NCBI GenBank assembly: GCA_964016885.1
Contig: OZ024753.1
Location: 22,816,001-22,880,000 of the forward strand
DNA: 64,000 nucleotides
Source of the DNA: Eledone cirrhosa
Taxonomy: Eukaryota
Direction of reading: 5' to 3'
Below, one piece after another: positions 1-13,675 of this stretch (positions are counted from its first letter, which is position 1; each line of letters starts with the position of its first letter). The notes below the pieces were generated by a model that was not told the DNA's origin, ran no database searches, and was given only the letters and a program-made list of their open reading frames with translations. Made by a program: the position numbers and the translations under genes.

Positions 1-1624
1 TGTCGTGTTGGTGGTGGTGGAGGTGGTGTTGGTGTTGACTGTCGTGTTGTTGGTGGTGGAGGTGGTGTTGGTGTTGACTGTCGTGTTGGTGGTGGTGGAG
101 GTGGTGTTGGTGTTGACTGTCGTGTTGGTGGTGGTGGAGGTGGTGTTGGTGTTGACTGTCGTGTTGGTGGTGGTGGAGGTGGTGTTGGTGTTGACTCTCG
201 TATTGGTGGTGGTGGAGGTGGTGTTGGTGTTGACTGTCGTGTTGGTGGTGGTGGAGGTGGTGTTGGTATTGACTGTCGTGTTGTTGGTGGTGGGGGTGGT
301 GTTCGTGTTGATTGTCGTGTTGTTGGTGGTGGAGGTGGTGTTGGTGTTGACTGTCGTGTTGTTGGTGGTGGTGTTGGTGTTGACTGTCGTGTTGGTGGTG
401 GTGGAGGTGGTGTTGGTGTTGACTGTCGTGTTGGTGGTGGTGGAGGTGGTGTTGGTATTGACTGTCGTGTTGTTGGTGGTGGGGGTGGTGTTCGTGTTGA
501 TTGTCGTGTTGTTGGTGGTGGAGGTGGTGTTGTGTTGACTGTCGTGTTGTTGGTGGTGGAGGTGGTTTTGGTGTTGACTGTCGTGTTGGTGGTGGTGGAG
601 GTGGTGTTGGTGTTGACTGTCGTGTTGTTGTTGGTGGTGGTGGTGTTGGTGTTGACTGTCGTGTTGGTGGTGGTGGAGGTGGTGTTGGTGTTGACTGTCG
701 TGTTGGTGGTGGTGGAGGTGGTGTTGGTGTTGACTGTCGTGTTGTTGGTGGTGGAGGTGGTGTTGGTGTTGACTGTCGTGTTGGTGGTCGAGGTGGTGTT
801 GGTGTTGACTGTCGTGTTGGTGGTGGTGGAGGTGGTGATGGTGTTGATTGTCGTGTTGTTGGTGGTGGAGGTGGTGTTGGTGTTGATTGGCGTGTTGTTG
901 GTGGTGGAGGTGGTGTTGGTGTTGACTGTCGTGTTGGTGGTGGTGGAGGTGGTGTTGGTGTTGACTGTCGTGTTGGTGGTGGTGGAGGTGGTGTTGGTGT
1001 TGACTGTCGTGTTGTTGGTGGTGGAGGTGGTGTTGGTGTTGACTGTCGTGTTGGTGGTGGTGGAGGTGGTGTTGGTGTTGACTGTCGTGTTGGTGGTGGT
1101 GGAGGTGGTGTTGGTGTTGACTGTCGTGTTGGTGGTGGTGGAGGTGGTGTTGGTGTTGACTCTCGTATTGGTGGTGGTGGAGGTGGTGTTGGTGTTGACT
1201 GTCGTGTTGGTGGTGGTGGAGGTGGTGTTGGTATTGACTGTCGTGTTGTTGGTGGTGGGGGTGGTGTTCGTGTTGATTGTCGTGTTGTTGGTGGTGGAGG
1301 TGGTGTTGGTGTTGACTGTCGTGTTGTTGGTGGTGGTGTTGGTGTTGACTGTCGTGTTGGTGGTGGTGGAGGTGGTGTTGGTGTTGACTGTCGTGTTGGT
1401 GGTGGTGGAGGTGGTGTTGGTATTGACTGTCGTGTTGTTGGTGGTGGGGGTGGTGTTCGTGTTGATTGTCGTGTTGTTGGTGGTGGAGGTGGTGTTGTGT
1501 TGACTGTCGTGTTGTTGGTGGTGGAGGTGGTTTTGGTGTTGACTGTCGTGTTGGTGGTGGTGGAGGTGGTGTTGGTGTTGACTGTCGTGTTGTTGTTGGT
1601 GGTGGTGGTGTTGGTGTTGACTGT
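1..1624. repeat. 965-bp higher-order duplication (1-659 repeated at 966-1624; first copy truncated by the window edge)
   Basis: Rare variants recur at +965: ACTCTCGTATTG (~194/1159), the 1-bp deletion GTTGTGTTGAC (~530/1495) and GGTTTTGGT. ORFs 501/1466 and ORF ends 538/1503 have the same offset. Confidence 0.9.
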
Positions 1625-3939
1625 TGTGTTGGTGGTGGTGGAGGTGGTGTCGTAGTTGACTGTCGTGTTGTTGGTGGTGGAGTTGGTGTTGGTGTTGACT
1701 GTCGTGTTGTTGGTGGTGGAGGTGGTGTTGGTGTTTACTGTCGTGTTGTTGTTGGTGGTGGTGGTGTTGGTGTTGACTGTTGTGTTGGTGGTGGTGGAGG
1801 TGGTGTCGTAGTTGACTGTCGTGTTGGTGGTGGTGGAGGAGGTGTTGGTGTTGACTGTCGTGTTGTTGGTGGTGGTGGTGGTGTTGGTGTTGACTGTCGT
1901 GTTGTTGTTGGTGGTGGTGGTGTTGGTGTTGAGTGTTGTGTTGGTGGTGGTGGAGGTGGTGTCGTAGTTAACTGTCGTGTTGTTGGTGGTGGAGGTGGTG
2001 TTGGTGTCGACTGCGTGTTGGTGGTGGAGGAGGTGTTGGTGTTGACTGTCTTGTTGTTGGTGGTGGTGGTGGTGTTGGTGTTGACTGTCGTGTTGGTGGT
2101 GGTGGAGGTGGTGTTGGTGTTGACTGTCGTGTTGTTGGTGGTGGAGGTGGTGTTGGTGTTGACTGTCGTGGAGGTGGTGGAGGTGGTGTTGGTGTTGACT
2201 GTCGTGTTGATGGTGGTGGAGGTGGTGTTGGTGTTGACTGTCGTGTTGGTGGTGGTGGAGTTGGTGTTGGTGTTGACTGTCGTGTTGGTGGTGGTGGAGG
2301 TGGTGTTGGTGTTGACTGTCGTGTTGTTGTTGGTGGGGGCGGTGTTGGTGTTGACTGTTGTGTTGGAGGTGGTGGAGGTGGTGTCGTAGTTGACTGTCGT
2401 GTTGTTGGTGGTGGAGTTGGTGTTGGTGTTGACTGTCGTGTTGTTGATGGTGGTGGTGGTGTTGGTGTTGACTGTCGTGTTGGTGGTGGTGGAGTTGGTG
2501 TTGGTGTTGACTGTCGTGTTGGTGGTGGTGGAGGTGGTGTTGGTGTTGACTGTCGTGTTGTTGGTGGTGGTGTTGGTGTTGACTGTCGTGTTGGTGGTGG
2601 AGGTGGTGTTGGTGTTGACTGTCGTGTTGATGGTGGTGGAGGTGGTGTTGGTGTTGACTGTCGTGTTGGTGGTGGTGGAGTTGGTGTTGGTGTTGACTGT
2701 CGTGTTGGTGGTGGTGGAGGTGGTGTTGGTGTTGACTGTCGTGTTGGTGTTGGTGGTGGTGGTGTTGGTGTTGACTGTTGTGTTGGTGGTGGTGGAGGTG
2801 GTGTCGTAGTTGACTGTCGTGTTGTTGGTGGTGGAGTTGGTGTTGGTGTTGACTGTCGTGTTGTTGGTGGTGGTGGTGGTGTTGGTGTTGACTGTCGTGT
2901 TGTTGTTGGTGGTGGTGGTGTTGGTGTTGACTGTTGTGTTGGTGGTGGTGGAGGTGGTGTCGTAGTTGACTGTCGTGTTGGTGGTGGTGGAGGAGGTGTT
3001 GGTGTTGACTGTCGTGTTGTTGGTGGTGGTGGTGGTCTTGGTGTTGAGTGTTGTGTTGGTGGTGGTGGAGGTGGTGTCGTAGTTGACTGTCGTGTTGGTG
3101 GTGGTGGAGGAGGTGTTGGTGTTGACTGTCGTGTTGTTGTTGGTGGTGGTGGTCTTGGTGTTGAGTGTTGTGTTGGTGGTGGTGGAGGTGGTGTCGTAGT
3201 TAACTGTCGTGTTGTTGGTGGTGGAGGTGGTGTTGGTGTCGACTATCGTGTTGTTGGTGGTGGTGGTGTTGGTGTTAACTGTCGTATTGTTGGTGGTGGT
3301 GGTGGTGTTGGTGTTGACTGTCGTGTTGGTGGTGGAGGTGGTGTTGGTGTTGACTGTCGTGTTGTTGGTGGTGGAGGTGGTGTTGGTGTTGACTATCGTG
3401 TTGTTGGTGGTGGTGGTGTTGGTGTTGACTGTCGTATTGTTGGTGGTGGTGGTGGTGTTGGTGTTGACTGTCGTGTTGGTGGTGGAGGTGGTGTTGGTGT
3501 TGACTGTCGTGTTGTTGGTGGTGGAGGTGGTGTTGGTGTTGACTGTCGTGGAGGTGGTGGAGGTGGTGTTGGTGTTGACTGTCGTGTTGTTGGTGGATGT
3601 GGTGTTGGTGTTGACTGTCGTGTTGGTGGTGGAGGAGGTGGTGTTGGTGTTGACTGTCGTGTTGGTGGTGGAGGAGGTGGTGTTGGTGTTGACCGTCGTG
3701 TTGGTGGTGGAGGAGGTGGTGTTGGTGTTGACTCTCGTGTTGTTGGTGGTGGAGGTGGTGTTGGTGTTGACTGCCGTGTTGGTGGTGGTGGAGGTGGTGT
3801 TGGTGTTAACTGTCGTGTTGGTGGTGGTGGAGGTGGTGTTGGTGTTGACTGCCGTGTTGGTGGTGGTGGAGGTGGTGTTGGTGTTAACTGTCGTGTTGGT
3901 GGTGGTGGAGGTGGTGTTGGTGGTGGTGGAGGTGGTGTT

Positions 3940-6900
3940 GGTGTTGACTGTCGTGTTGTTGGTGGTGGAGGTGGTGTTAGTGTTGGCTGTCGTGTTGGTG
4001 GTGGTGAAGGTGGTGTTGGTGTTGACTGTCGTGTTGTTGGTGGTGGAGGTGGTGTTGGGGTTGACTGTCGTGTTGTTGGTGGTGGAGGTGGTGGAGGTGG
4101 TGTTGACTGTCGTGTTGGTGGTGGTGGAGGTGGTGTCGTAGTTGACTGTCGTGTTGGTGGTGGTGGAGGAGGTGTTGGTGTTGACTGTCGTGTTGTTGGT
4201 GGTGGTGGTGGTGTTGGTGTTGACTGTCGTGTTGTTGGTGGTGGAGGTGGTGTTGGTGTTGACTGTCGTGTTGTTGGTGATGGAAGTGGTGTTGGTGTCG
4301 ACTGCGTGTTGGTGGTAGAGGAGGTGTTGGTGTTGACTGTCGTGTTGGTGGTGGAGGAGGTGTTGGTGTTGACTGTCGTGTTGTTGGTGGTGGAGGTGGT
4401 GTTGGTGTTGACTGTCGTGTTGTTGGTGGTGGAGGTGGTGTTGGGGTTGACTGTCGTGTTGTTGGTGGTGGAGGTGGTGGAGGTGGTGTTGACTGTCGTG
4501 TTGGCGGTGGAGGTGGTGATGGTGTTGAGTGTCGTGTTGGTGGTGGTGGAGGTGGTGTTGGTATTGACTGTCGTGTTGTTGGTGGTGGAGGTGGTGTTGG
4601 TGTTGACAGTCGTGTTGGTGGTGGAGGTGGTGTTGGTGTTGACTGTCGTGTTGTTGGTGGTGGAGGTGGTGTTGACTGTCGTGTTGGTGGTGGTGGAGGT
4701 GGTTTTGGTGTTGACAGTCGTGTTGGTGGTGGAGGTGGTGTTGGTGTTGACTGTCGTGTTGGTGGTGGTGGAGGTGGTGTTGGTGTTGACTGTCGTGTTG
4801 TTGGTGGTGGAGGTGGTGTTGGTGTTGACTGTCGTGTTGGTGGTGGTGGAGGTGGTGTTGGTGTTGACTGTCGTGTTGTTGGTGGTGGAGGTGGTGTTGG
4901 TGTTGACAGTCGTGTTGGTGGTGGAGGTGGTGTTGGTGTTGACTGTCGTGTTGGTGGTGGTGGAGGTGGTGTTGGTGTTGACTGTCGTGTTGGTGGTGGA
5001 GGTGGTGTTGGTGTTCACTGTCGTGTTGGTGGTGGAGGTGGTGTTGGTGTCGACTGTCGTGTTGGTGGTGGTGGAGGTGGTGTTGGTGTTGACTGTCGTG
5101 TTGTTGGTGGTGGAGGTGGTGTTGGTGTTGACAGTCGTGTTGGTGGTGGAGGTGGTGTTGGTGTTGACTGTCGTGTTGTTGGTGGTGGAGGTGGTGTTGG
5201 TGTTGACTGTCGTGTTGGTGGTGGAGGTGGTGTTGGTGTTGACTGTCGTGTTGGTGGTGGTGGAGGTGGTGTTGGTGTTGACAGTCGTGTTGGTGGTGGA
5301 GGTGGTGTTGGTGTTGACTGTCGTGTTGGTGGTGGTGGAGGTGGTGTTGGTGTTGACTGCCGTGTTGTTGGTGGTGGTGGTGGTGTTGGTGTTGACAGTC
5401 GTGTTGGTGGTGGTGGAGGTGGTGTTGGTGTTGACTGTCGTGTTGTTGGTGGTGGTGGTGGTGTTGACTGTCGTGTTGGTGGTGGTGGAGGTGGTGTTGG
5501 TGTTGACTGTCGTGTTGTTGCTGGTGGTGGTGGTTTTGACTGTCGTGTTGGTGGTGGTGGAGGTGGTGTCGTAGTTGACTGTCGTGTTGTTGGTGGTGGA
5601 GTTGGTGTTGGTGTTGACTGTCGTGTTGTTGGTGGTGGAGGTGGTGTCGTAGTTGACTGTCGTGTTGGTGGTGGTGGAGGAGGTGTTGGTGTTGACTGTC
5701 GTGTTGTTAGTGGTGGTGGAGGTGGTGTCGTAGTTGACTGTCGTGTTGGTGGTGGTGGAGGAGGTGTTGGTGTTGACTGTCGTGTTGTTAGTGGTGGTGG
5801 TGGTGTTGGTGTTTAGTGTTGTGTTGGTGGTGGTGGAGGTGGTGTCGTAGTTAACTGTCGTGTTGTTGGTGGTGGAGGTGGTGTTGGTGTCGACAGCGTG
5901 TTGGTGGTGGAGGAGGTGTTGGTGTTGACTGTCGTGTTGTTGTTGGTGGTGGTGTTGGTGTTGACTGTCGTGTTGTTGGTGGTGGAGGTGGTGTTGGTGT
6001 TGACTGTCGTGTTGTTGGTGGTGGAGGTGGTGTTGGTGTTGACTGTCGTGGAGGTGGTGGAGGTGGTGATGGTGTTGACTGTCGTGTTGTTGGTGGTGGA
6101 GGCGGTGTTGGTGTTGACTGTCGTGTTGGTGGTGGTGGAGGTGGTGTTGGTGTTAACTGTCGTGTTGGTGGTGGTGGAGGTGGTGTTGGTGTTGACTGTC
6201 GTGTTGTTGGTGGTGGAGGTGGTGTTGGTGTTGACTGTCGAGTTGGTGGTGGTGGAGGTGGTGTTGGTGTTGACTGTCGTGTTGGTGGTGGTGGAGGTGG
6301 TGTTGGTGTTGACTGTCGTGTTGGTGGTGGTGGAGGTGGTGTTGGTGTTGACTGTCGTGTTGGTGGTGGTGGAGGTGGTGTTGGTGTTGACTGTCGTGTT
6401 GGTGGTGGTGGAGGTGGTGTTGATATTGACTGTCGGGTTGTTGGTGGTGGGGGTGGTGTTGGTGTTGACTGTCGTGTTGTTGGTGGTGGAGGTGGTGTTG
6501 GTGTTGACTGTCGTGTTGATGGTGGTGGAGGTGGTGTTGGTGTTGACTGTCGTGTTGTTGGTGGTGGAGGTGGTGTTAGTGTTGGCTGTCGTGTTGGTGG
6601 TGGTGAAGGTGGTGTTGGTGTTGACTGTCGTGTTGTTGGTGGTGGAGGTGGTGTTGGGGTTGACTGTCGTGTTGGTGGTGGTGGAGGTGGTGGAGGTGGT
6701 GTTGACTGTCGTGTTGGTGGTGGTGGAGGTGGTGTCGTAGTTGACTGTCGTGTTGGTGGTGGTGGAGGAGGTGTTGGTGTTGACTGTCGTGTTGTTGGTG
6801 GTGGTGGTGGTGTTGGTGTTGACTGTCGTGTTGTTGGTGGTGGAGGTGGTGTTGGTGTTGACTGACGTGTTGGTGGTGGTGGAGGTGGTGTCGTAGTTGA

Positions 6901-9300
6901 CTGTCGTGTTGGTGGTGGTGGAGGAGGTGTTGGTGTTGACTGTCGTGTTGGTGGTGGAGGTGGTGTTGGTGTTGACTGTCGTGTTGTTGGTGGTGGTGGT
7001 GGTGTTGGTGTTGACAGTCGTGTTGGTGGTGGAGGTGGTGTTGGTGTTGACTGTCGTGTTGGTGGTGGTGGAGGTGGTGTTGGTGTTGACTGTCGTGTTG
7101 TTGGTGGTGGTGGTGGTGTTGGTGTTGACAGTCGTGTTGGTGGTGGTGGAGGTGGTGTTGGTGTTGACAGTCGTGTTGGTGGTGGAGGTGGTGTTGGTGT
7201 TGACTGTCGTGTTGTTGGTGGTGGAGGTGGTGTTGGTGTTGACTGTCGTGTTGTTGGTGGTGGTGGTGGTGTTGGTGTTGACAGTCGTGTTGGTGGTGGT
7301 GGAGGTGGTGTTGGTGTTGACAGTCGTGTTGGTGGTGGAGGTGGTGTTGGTGTTGACTGTCGTGTTGGTGGTGGTGGAGGTGGTGTTGGTGCTGACTGTC
7401 GTGTTGTTGGTGGTGGAGGTGGTGTTGGTGTTGACTGTCGCGTTGGTGGTGGTGGAGGTGGTGTTGGTGTTGACTGTCCTGTTGTTGGTGGTGGAGGTGG
7501 TGTTGGTGTTGACAGTCGTGTTGGTGGTGGAGGTGGTGTTGGTGTTGACTGTCGTGTTGGTGGTGGTGGAGGTGGTGTTGGTGTTGACTGTCGTGTTGGT
7601 GGTGGAGGTGGTGTTGGTGTTGACTGTCGTGTTGGTGGTGGAGGTGGTGTTGGTGTCGACTGTCGTGTTGGTGGTGGTGGAGGTGGTGTTGGTGTTGACT
7701 GTCGTGTTGTTGGTGGTGGAGGTGGTGTTGGTGTTGACAGTCGTGTTGGTGGTGGAGGTGGTGTTGGTGTTGACTGTCGTGTTGTTGGTGGTGGAGGTGG
7801 TGTTGGTGTTGACTGTCGTGTTGGTGGTGGAGGTGGTGTTGGTGTTGACTGTCGTGTTGGTGGTGGTGGAGGTGGTGTTGGTGTTGACAGTCGTGTTGGT
7901 GGTGGAGGTGGTGTTGGTGTTGACTGTCGTGTTGGTGGTGGTGGAGGTGGTGTTGGTGTTGACTGTCGTGTTGGTGGTGGTGGAGTTGGTGTTGGTGTTG
8001 ACTGTCGTGTTGGTGGTGGTGGAGGTGGTGTTGTGTTGACTGTCGTGTTGGTGGTGGTGGAGGTGGTGTTGGGGTTGACTGTCGTGTTGATGGTGGTGGA
8101 GGTGGTGTTGGTGTTGACTGTCGTGTTGGTGGTGGTGGAGTTGGTGTTGGTGTTGACTGTCGTGTTGGTGGTGGTGGAGGTGGTGTTGGTGTTGACTGTC
8201 GTGTTGTTGGTGGTGGTGGTGGTGTTGACTGTCGTGTTGGTGGTGGTGGAGGTGGTGTTGGTGTTGACTGTCGTGTTGTTGGTGGTGGTGGTGGTGTTGA
8301 CTGTCGTGTTGTTGGTGGTGGTGGTGGTGTTGACTGTCGTGTTGGTGGTGGTGGAGGTGGTGTCGTAGTTGACTGTCGTGTTGTTGGTGGTGGAGGTGGT
8401 GTTGGTGTTGACTGTCGTGTTGTTGATGGTGGTGGTGGTGTTGGTGTTGACTGTCGTGTTGTTGTTGGTGGTGGTGGTGTTGGTGTTGACTGTCGTGTTG
8501 TTGGTGATGGAGGTGGTGTTGGTGTTGACTGTCGTGTTGTTGATGGTGGTGGTGGTGTTGGTGTTGACTGTCGTGTTGTTGTTGGTGGTGGTGGTGTTGG
8601 TGTTGACTGTTGTGTTGGTGGTGGTGGAGGTGGTGTCGTAGTTGACTGTCGTGTTGGTGGTGGTGGAGGAGGTGTTGGTGTTGACTGTCGTGTTGTTGGT
8701 GGTGGTGGTGGTGTTGGTGTTGACTGTCGTGTTGTTAGTGGTGGTGGTGGTGTTGGTGTTGAGTGTTGTGTTGGTGGTGGTGGAGGTGGTGTCGTAGTTA
8801 ACTGTCGTGTTGTTGGTGGTGGAGGTGGTGTTGGTGTCGACAGCGTGTTGGTGGTGGAGGAGGTGTTGGTGTTGACTGTCGTGTTGTTGTTGGTGGTGGT
8901 GTTGGTGTTGACTGTCGTGTTGTTGGTGGTGGAGGTGGTGTTGGTGTTGACTGTCGTGTTGTTGGTGGTGGAGGTGGTGTTGGTGTTGACTGTCGTGGAG
9001 GTGGTGGAGGTGGTGTTGGTGTTGACTGTCGTGTTGTTGGTGGTGGAGGCGGTGTTGGTGTTGACTGTCGTGTTGGTGGTGGTGGAGGTGGTGTTGGTGT
9101 TAACTGTCGTGTTGGTGGTGGTGGAGGTGGTGTTGGTGTTGACTGTCGTGTTGTTGGTGGTGGAGGTGGTGTTGGTGTTGACTGTCGTGTTGGTGGTGGT
9201 GGAGGTGGTGTTGGTGTTGACTGTCGTGTTGGTGGTGGTGGAGGTGGTGTTGGTGTTGACTGTCGTGTTGGTGGTGGTGGAGGTGGTGTTGGTGTTGACT
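3940..9300. repeat. Older, degenerate ~2.6-2.9 kb tandem duplication (~3940-6540 vs ~6540-9300)
   Basis: Same order of rare markers in both copies: TTAGTGTTGGCT..GAAGG (3977/6576), GTCGACTGTC within an ACAGTC-rich block (5049/7655), GTCGACAGCGTG (5889/8836), GGAGGCGG then GTTAAC (~6100/9047). The offset drifts from 2599 to 2947 through monomer gain and loss. Confidence 0.75.
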
Positions 9301-10519
9301 CTCGTATTGGTGGTGGTGGAGGTGGTGTTGGTGTTGACTGTCGTGTTGGTGGTGGTGGAGGTGGTGTTGGTGTTGACTGTCGTGTTGTTGGTGGTGGGGG
9401 TGGTGTTCGTGTTGATTGTCGTGTTGTTGGTGGTGGAGGTGGTGTCGGTGTTGACTGTCGTGTTGTTGGTGGTGGTGTTGGTGTTGACTGTCGTGTTGAT
9501 GGTGGTGGAGGTGGTGTTGGTGTTGACTGTCGTGTTGTTGGTGGTGGAGGTGGTGTTGGTGTTGACTGTCGTGTTGGTGGTGGTGGTGTTGGTGTTGACT
9601 GTCGTGTTGATGGTGGTGGAGGTGGTGTTGGTGTTGACTGTCGTGTTGTTGGTGGTGGAGGTGGTGTTGGTGTTGACTGTCGTGTTGGTGGTGGTGGAGG
9701 TGGTGTTGGTGTTGACTGTCGTGTTGTTGGTGGTGGTGGTGTTGGTGTTGACTGTTGTGTTGGTAGTGGTGGAGGTGGTGTTGGTGTTGACTGTTGTGTT
9801 GGTGGTGGTGGAGGTGGTGTCGTAGTTGACTGTCGTGTTGTTGGTGGTGGTGGTGGTGTTGGTGTTTAATGTCGTGTTGTTGTTGGTGGTGGTGGTGTTG
9901 GTGTTGACTGTTGTGTTGTTGGTGGTGGAGGTGGTGTCGTAGTTGACTGTCGTGTAGGTGGTGGTGGAGGTGGTGTTGGTGTTGACAGTCGTGTTGTTGG
10001 TGGTGGTGGTGGTGTTGGTGTTGACTGTCGTGTTGTTGTTGGTGGTGGTGGTGTTGGTGTTGACTGTCGTGTTGTTGTTGGTGGTGGTGGTGTTGGTGTT
10101 GAGTGTTGTGTTGGTGGTGGTGGAGGAGGTGTTGGTGTTGACTGTCGTGTTGTTGGTGGTGGTGGTGTTGTTGGTGTTGACTGTCGTGTTGTTGTTGGTG
10201 GTGGTGGTGTTGGTGTTGAGTGTTGTGTTGGTGGTGGTGGAGGTGGTGTCGTAGTTAACTGTCGTGTTGTTGGTGGTGGAGGTGGTGTTGGTGTCGACTG
10301 CGTGTTGGTGGTGGAGGAGGTGTTGGTGTTGACTGTCTTGTTGTTGGTGGTGGTGGTGTTGGTGTTGACTGTCGTGTTGTTGGTGGTGGAGGTGGTGTTG
10401 GTGTTGACTGTCGTGTTGTTGTTGGTGGAGGTGGTGTTGGTGTTGACTGTCGTGTTGTTGGTGGTGGAGGTGGTGTTGGTGTTGACTGTCGTGTTGTTGG
10501 TGGTGGAGGTGGTGTTGGT

Positions 10520-11372
10520 GTTGACTGTCGTGTTGTTGGTGGTGGAGGTGGTGTTGGTGTTGACTGTCGTGTTGTTGGTGGTGGAGGTGGTGTTGGTGTT
10601 GACTGTCGTGGAGGTGGTGGAGGTGGTGTTGGTGTTGACTGTCGTGTTGATGGTGGTGGAGGTGGTGTTGGTGTTGACTGTCGTGTTGGTGGTGGTGGAG
10701 TTGGTGTTGGTGTTGACTGTCGTGGAGGTGGTGGAGGTGGTGTTGGTGTTGACTGTCGTGTTGTTGGTGGTGGAGGTGGTGTTGGTGTTGACTGTCGTGT
10801 TGTTGGTGGTGGAGGTGGTGTTGGTGTTGACTGTCGTGTTGTTGGTGGTGGAGGTGGTGTTGGTGTTGACTGTCGTGGAGGTGGTGGAGGTGGTGTTGGT
10901 GTTGACTGTCGTGTTGGTGGTGGTGGAGTTGGTGTTGGTGTTGACTGTCGTGTTGTTGGTGGTGGAGGTGGTGTTGGTGTTGACTGTCGTGTTGTTGGTG
11001 GTGGAGGTGGTGTTGGTGTTGACTGTCGTGGAGGTGGTGGAGGTGGTGTTGGTGTTGACTGTCGTGTTGATGGTGGTGGAGGTGGTGTTGGTGTTGACTG
11101 TCGTGTTGGTGGTGGTGGAGTTGGTGTTGGTGTTGACTGTCGTGGAGGTGGTGGAGGTGGTGTTGGTGTTGACTGTCGTGTTGTTGGTGGTGGAGGTGGT
11201 GTTGGTGTTGACTGTCGTGTTGTTGGTGGTGGAGGTTGTGTTGGTGTTGACTGTCGTGTTGTTGGTGGTGGAGGTGGTGTTGGTGTTGACTGTCGTGGAG
11301 GTGGTGGAGGTGGTGTTGGTGTTGACTGTCGTGTTGGTTGTGGTGGAGTTGGTGTTGGTGTTGACTGTCGTG
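10520..11372. repeat. 420-bp (11-monomer) tandem duplication nested in the 6321-bp unit (second instance ~16840-17690)
   Basis: Lines starting at 10561-10861 match lines starting at 10981-11281 almost exactly. The length 420 equals 8x39 + 3x36. Confidence 0.9.
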
Positions 11373-12359
11373 TTGATGGTGGTGGAGGTGGTGTTGGTGT
11401 TGACTGTCGTGTTGTTGTTGGTGGGGGTGGTGTTGGTGTTGACTGTTGTGTTGGTGGTGGTGGAGGTGGTGTCGTAGTTGACTGTCGTGTTGTTGGTGGT
11501 GGTGTTGGTGTTGGTGTTGACTGTCGTGTTGTTGATGGTGGTGGTGGTGTTGGTGTTGACTGTCGTGTTGTTGTTGGTGGTGGTGGTGTTGGTGTTGACT
11601 GTTGTGTTGGTGGTGGTGGAGGTGGTGTCGTAGTTGACTGTCGTGTTGGTGGTGGTGGAGGAGGTGTTGGTGTTGACTGTCGTGTTGTTGGAGGTGGCGG
11701 TGGTGTTGGTGTTGAGTGTTGTGTTGGTGGTGGTGGTGGAGGTGGTGTCGTAGTTAACTGTCGTGTTGTTGGTGGTGGAGGTGGTGTTGGTGTCGACTGC
11801 GTGTTGGTGGTGGAGGAGGTGTTGGTGTTGACTGTCGTGTTGTTGTTGGTGGTGGTGTTGGTGTTGACTGTCGTGTTGTTGGTGGTGGAGGTGGTGTTTG
11901 TGTTGACTGTCGTGTTGTTGTTGGTGGTGGTGTTGGTGTTGACTGTCGTGTTGGTGGTGGTGGAGGTGGTGTTGGTGTTAACTGTCGTGTTGTTGGTGGT
12001 GGAGGTGGTGTTGGTGTCGACTGCGTGTTGGTGGTGGAGGTGTTGTTGGTGTTGACTGTCGTGTTGTTGGTGGTGGAGGTGGTGTTGGTGTTGACTGTCG
12101 TGGAGGTGGTGGAGGTGGTGTTGGTGTTGACTGTCGTGTTGTTGGTGGTGGAGGCGGTGTTGGTGTTGACTGTCGTGTTGGTGGTGGTGGAGGTGGTGTT
12201 GGTGTTAACTGTCGTGTTGGTGGTGGTGGAGCTGGTGTTGGTGTTGACTGTCGTGTTGTTGGTGGTGGAGGTGGTGTTGGTGTTGACTGTCGTGTTGGTG
12301 GTGGTGGAGGTGGTGTTGGTGTTGACTGTCGTGTTGGTGGTGGTGGAGGTGGTGTTGGT

Positions 12360-13675
12360 GTTGACTGTCGTGTTGTTGGTGGTGGAGGTGGTGTTGGTGT
12401 TGGCTGTCGTGTTGGTGGTGGTGGAGGTGGTGTTGGTGTTGACTGTCGTGTTGTTGGTGGTGGAGGTGGTGTTGGTGTTGACTATCGTGTTGGTGGTGGT
12501 GGAGGTGGTGTTGGTGTTGACTGTCGTGTTGGTGGTGGTGGAGGTGGTGTTGGTGTTGGCTGTCGTGTTGGTGGTGGTGGAGGTGGTGTTGGTGTTGACT
12601 GTCGTGTTGTTGGTGGTGGAGGTGGTGTTGGTGTTGACTGTCGTGTTGGTGGTGGTGGAGGTGGTGTTGGTGTTGACTGTCGTGTTGGTGGTGGTGGAGG
12701 TGGTGTTGGTGTTGGCTGTCGTGTTGGTGGTGGTGGAGGTGGTGTTGGTGTTGACTGTCGTGTTGTTGGTGGTGGAGGTGGTGTTGGTGTTGACTGTCGT
12801 GTTGGTGGTGGTGGAGGTGGTGTTGGTGTTGACTGTCGTGTTGGTGGTGGTGGAGGTGGTGTTGGTGTTGACTGTCGTGTTGTTGGTGGTGGAGGTGGTG
12901 TTGGTGTTGGCTGTCGTGTTGGTGGTGGTGGAGGTGGTGTTGGTGTTGACTGTCGTGTTGTTGGTGGTGGAGGTGGTGTTGGTGTTGACTGTCGTGTTGG
13001 TGGTGGTGGAGGTGGTGTTGGTGTTGACTGTCGTGTTGGTGGTGGTGGAGGTGGTGTTGCTGTTGACTGTCGTGTTGGTGGTGGTGGAGGTGGTGTTGGT
13101 GTTGACTGTCGTGTTGGTGGTGGTGGAGGTGGTGTTGGTGTTGACTGTCGTGTTGTTGGTGGTGGAGGTGGTGTTGGTGTTGGCTGTCGTGTTGGTGGTG
13201 GTGGAGGTGGTGTTGGTGTTGACTGTCGTGTTGTTGGTGGTGGAGGTGGTGTTGGTGTTGACTGTCGTGTTGGTGGTGGTGGAGGTGGTGTTGGTGTTGA
13301 CTGTCGTGTTGGTGGTGGTGGAGGTGGTGTTGGTGTTGGCTGTAGTGTTGGTGGTGGTGGAGGTGGTGTTGGTGTTGACTGTCGTGTTGTTGGTGGTGGA
13401 GGTGGTGTTGGTGTTGACTGTCGTGTTGGTGGTGGTGGAGGTGGTGTTGGTGTTGACTGTCGTGTTGGTGGTGGTGGAGGTGGTGTTGGTGTTGGCTGTC
13501 GTGTTGGTGGTGGTGGAGGTGGTGTTGGTGTTGACTGTCGTGTTGTTGGTGGTGGAGGTGGTGTTGGTGTTGACTGTCGTGTTGGTGGTGGTGGAGGTGG
13601 TTTTGGTGTTGACTGTCGTGTTGGTGGTGGTGGAGGTGGTGTTGGTGTTGACTGTCGTGTTGTTGGTGGTGGAGG
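12360..13675. repeat. 156-bp (4-monomer) higher-order repeat marked by GTTGGCTGT, itself duplicated at 780 bp (second instance ~18680-19995)
   Basis: The GGCTGT variant occurs at ~12402, 12558, 12714, 12909, 13182, 13338 and 13494, giving spacings of 156,156,195,273,156,156. Confidence 0.85.
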
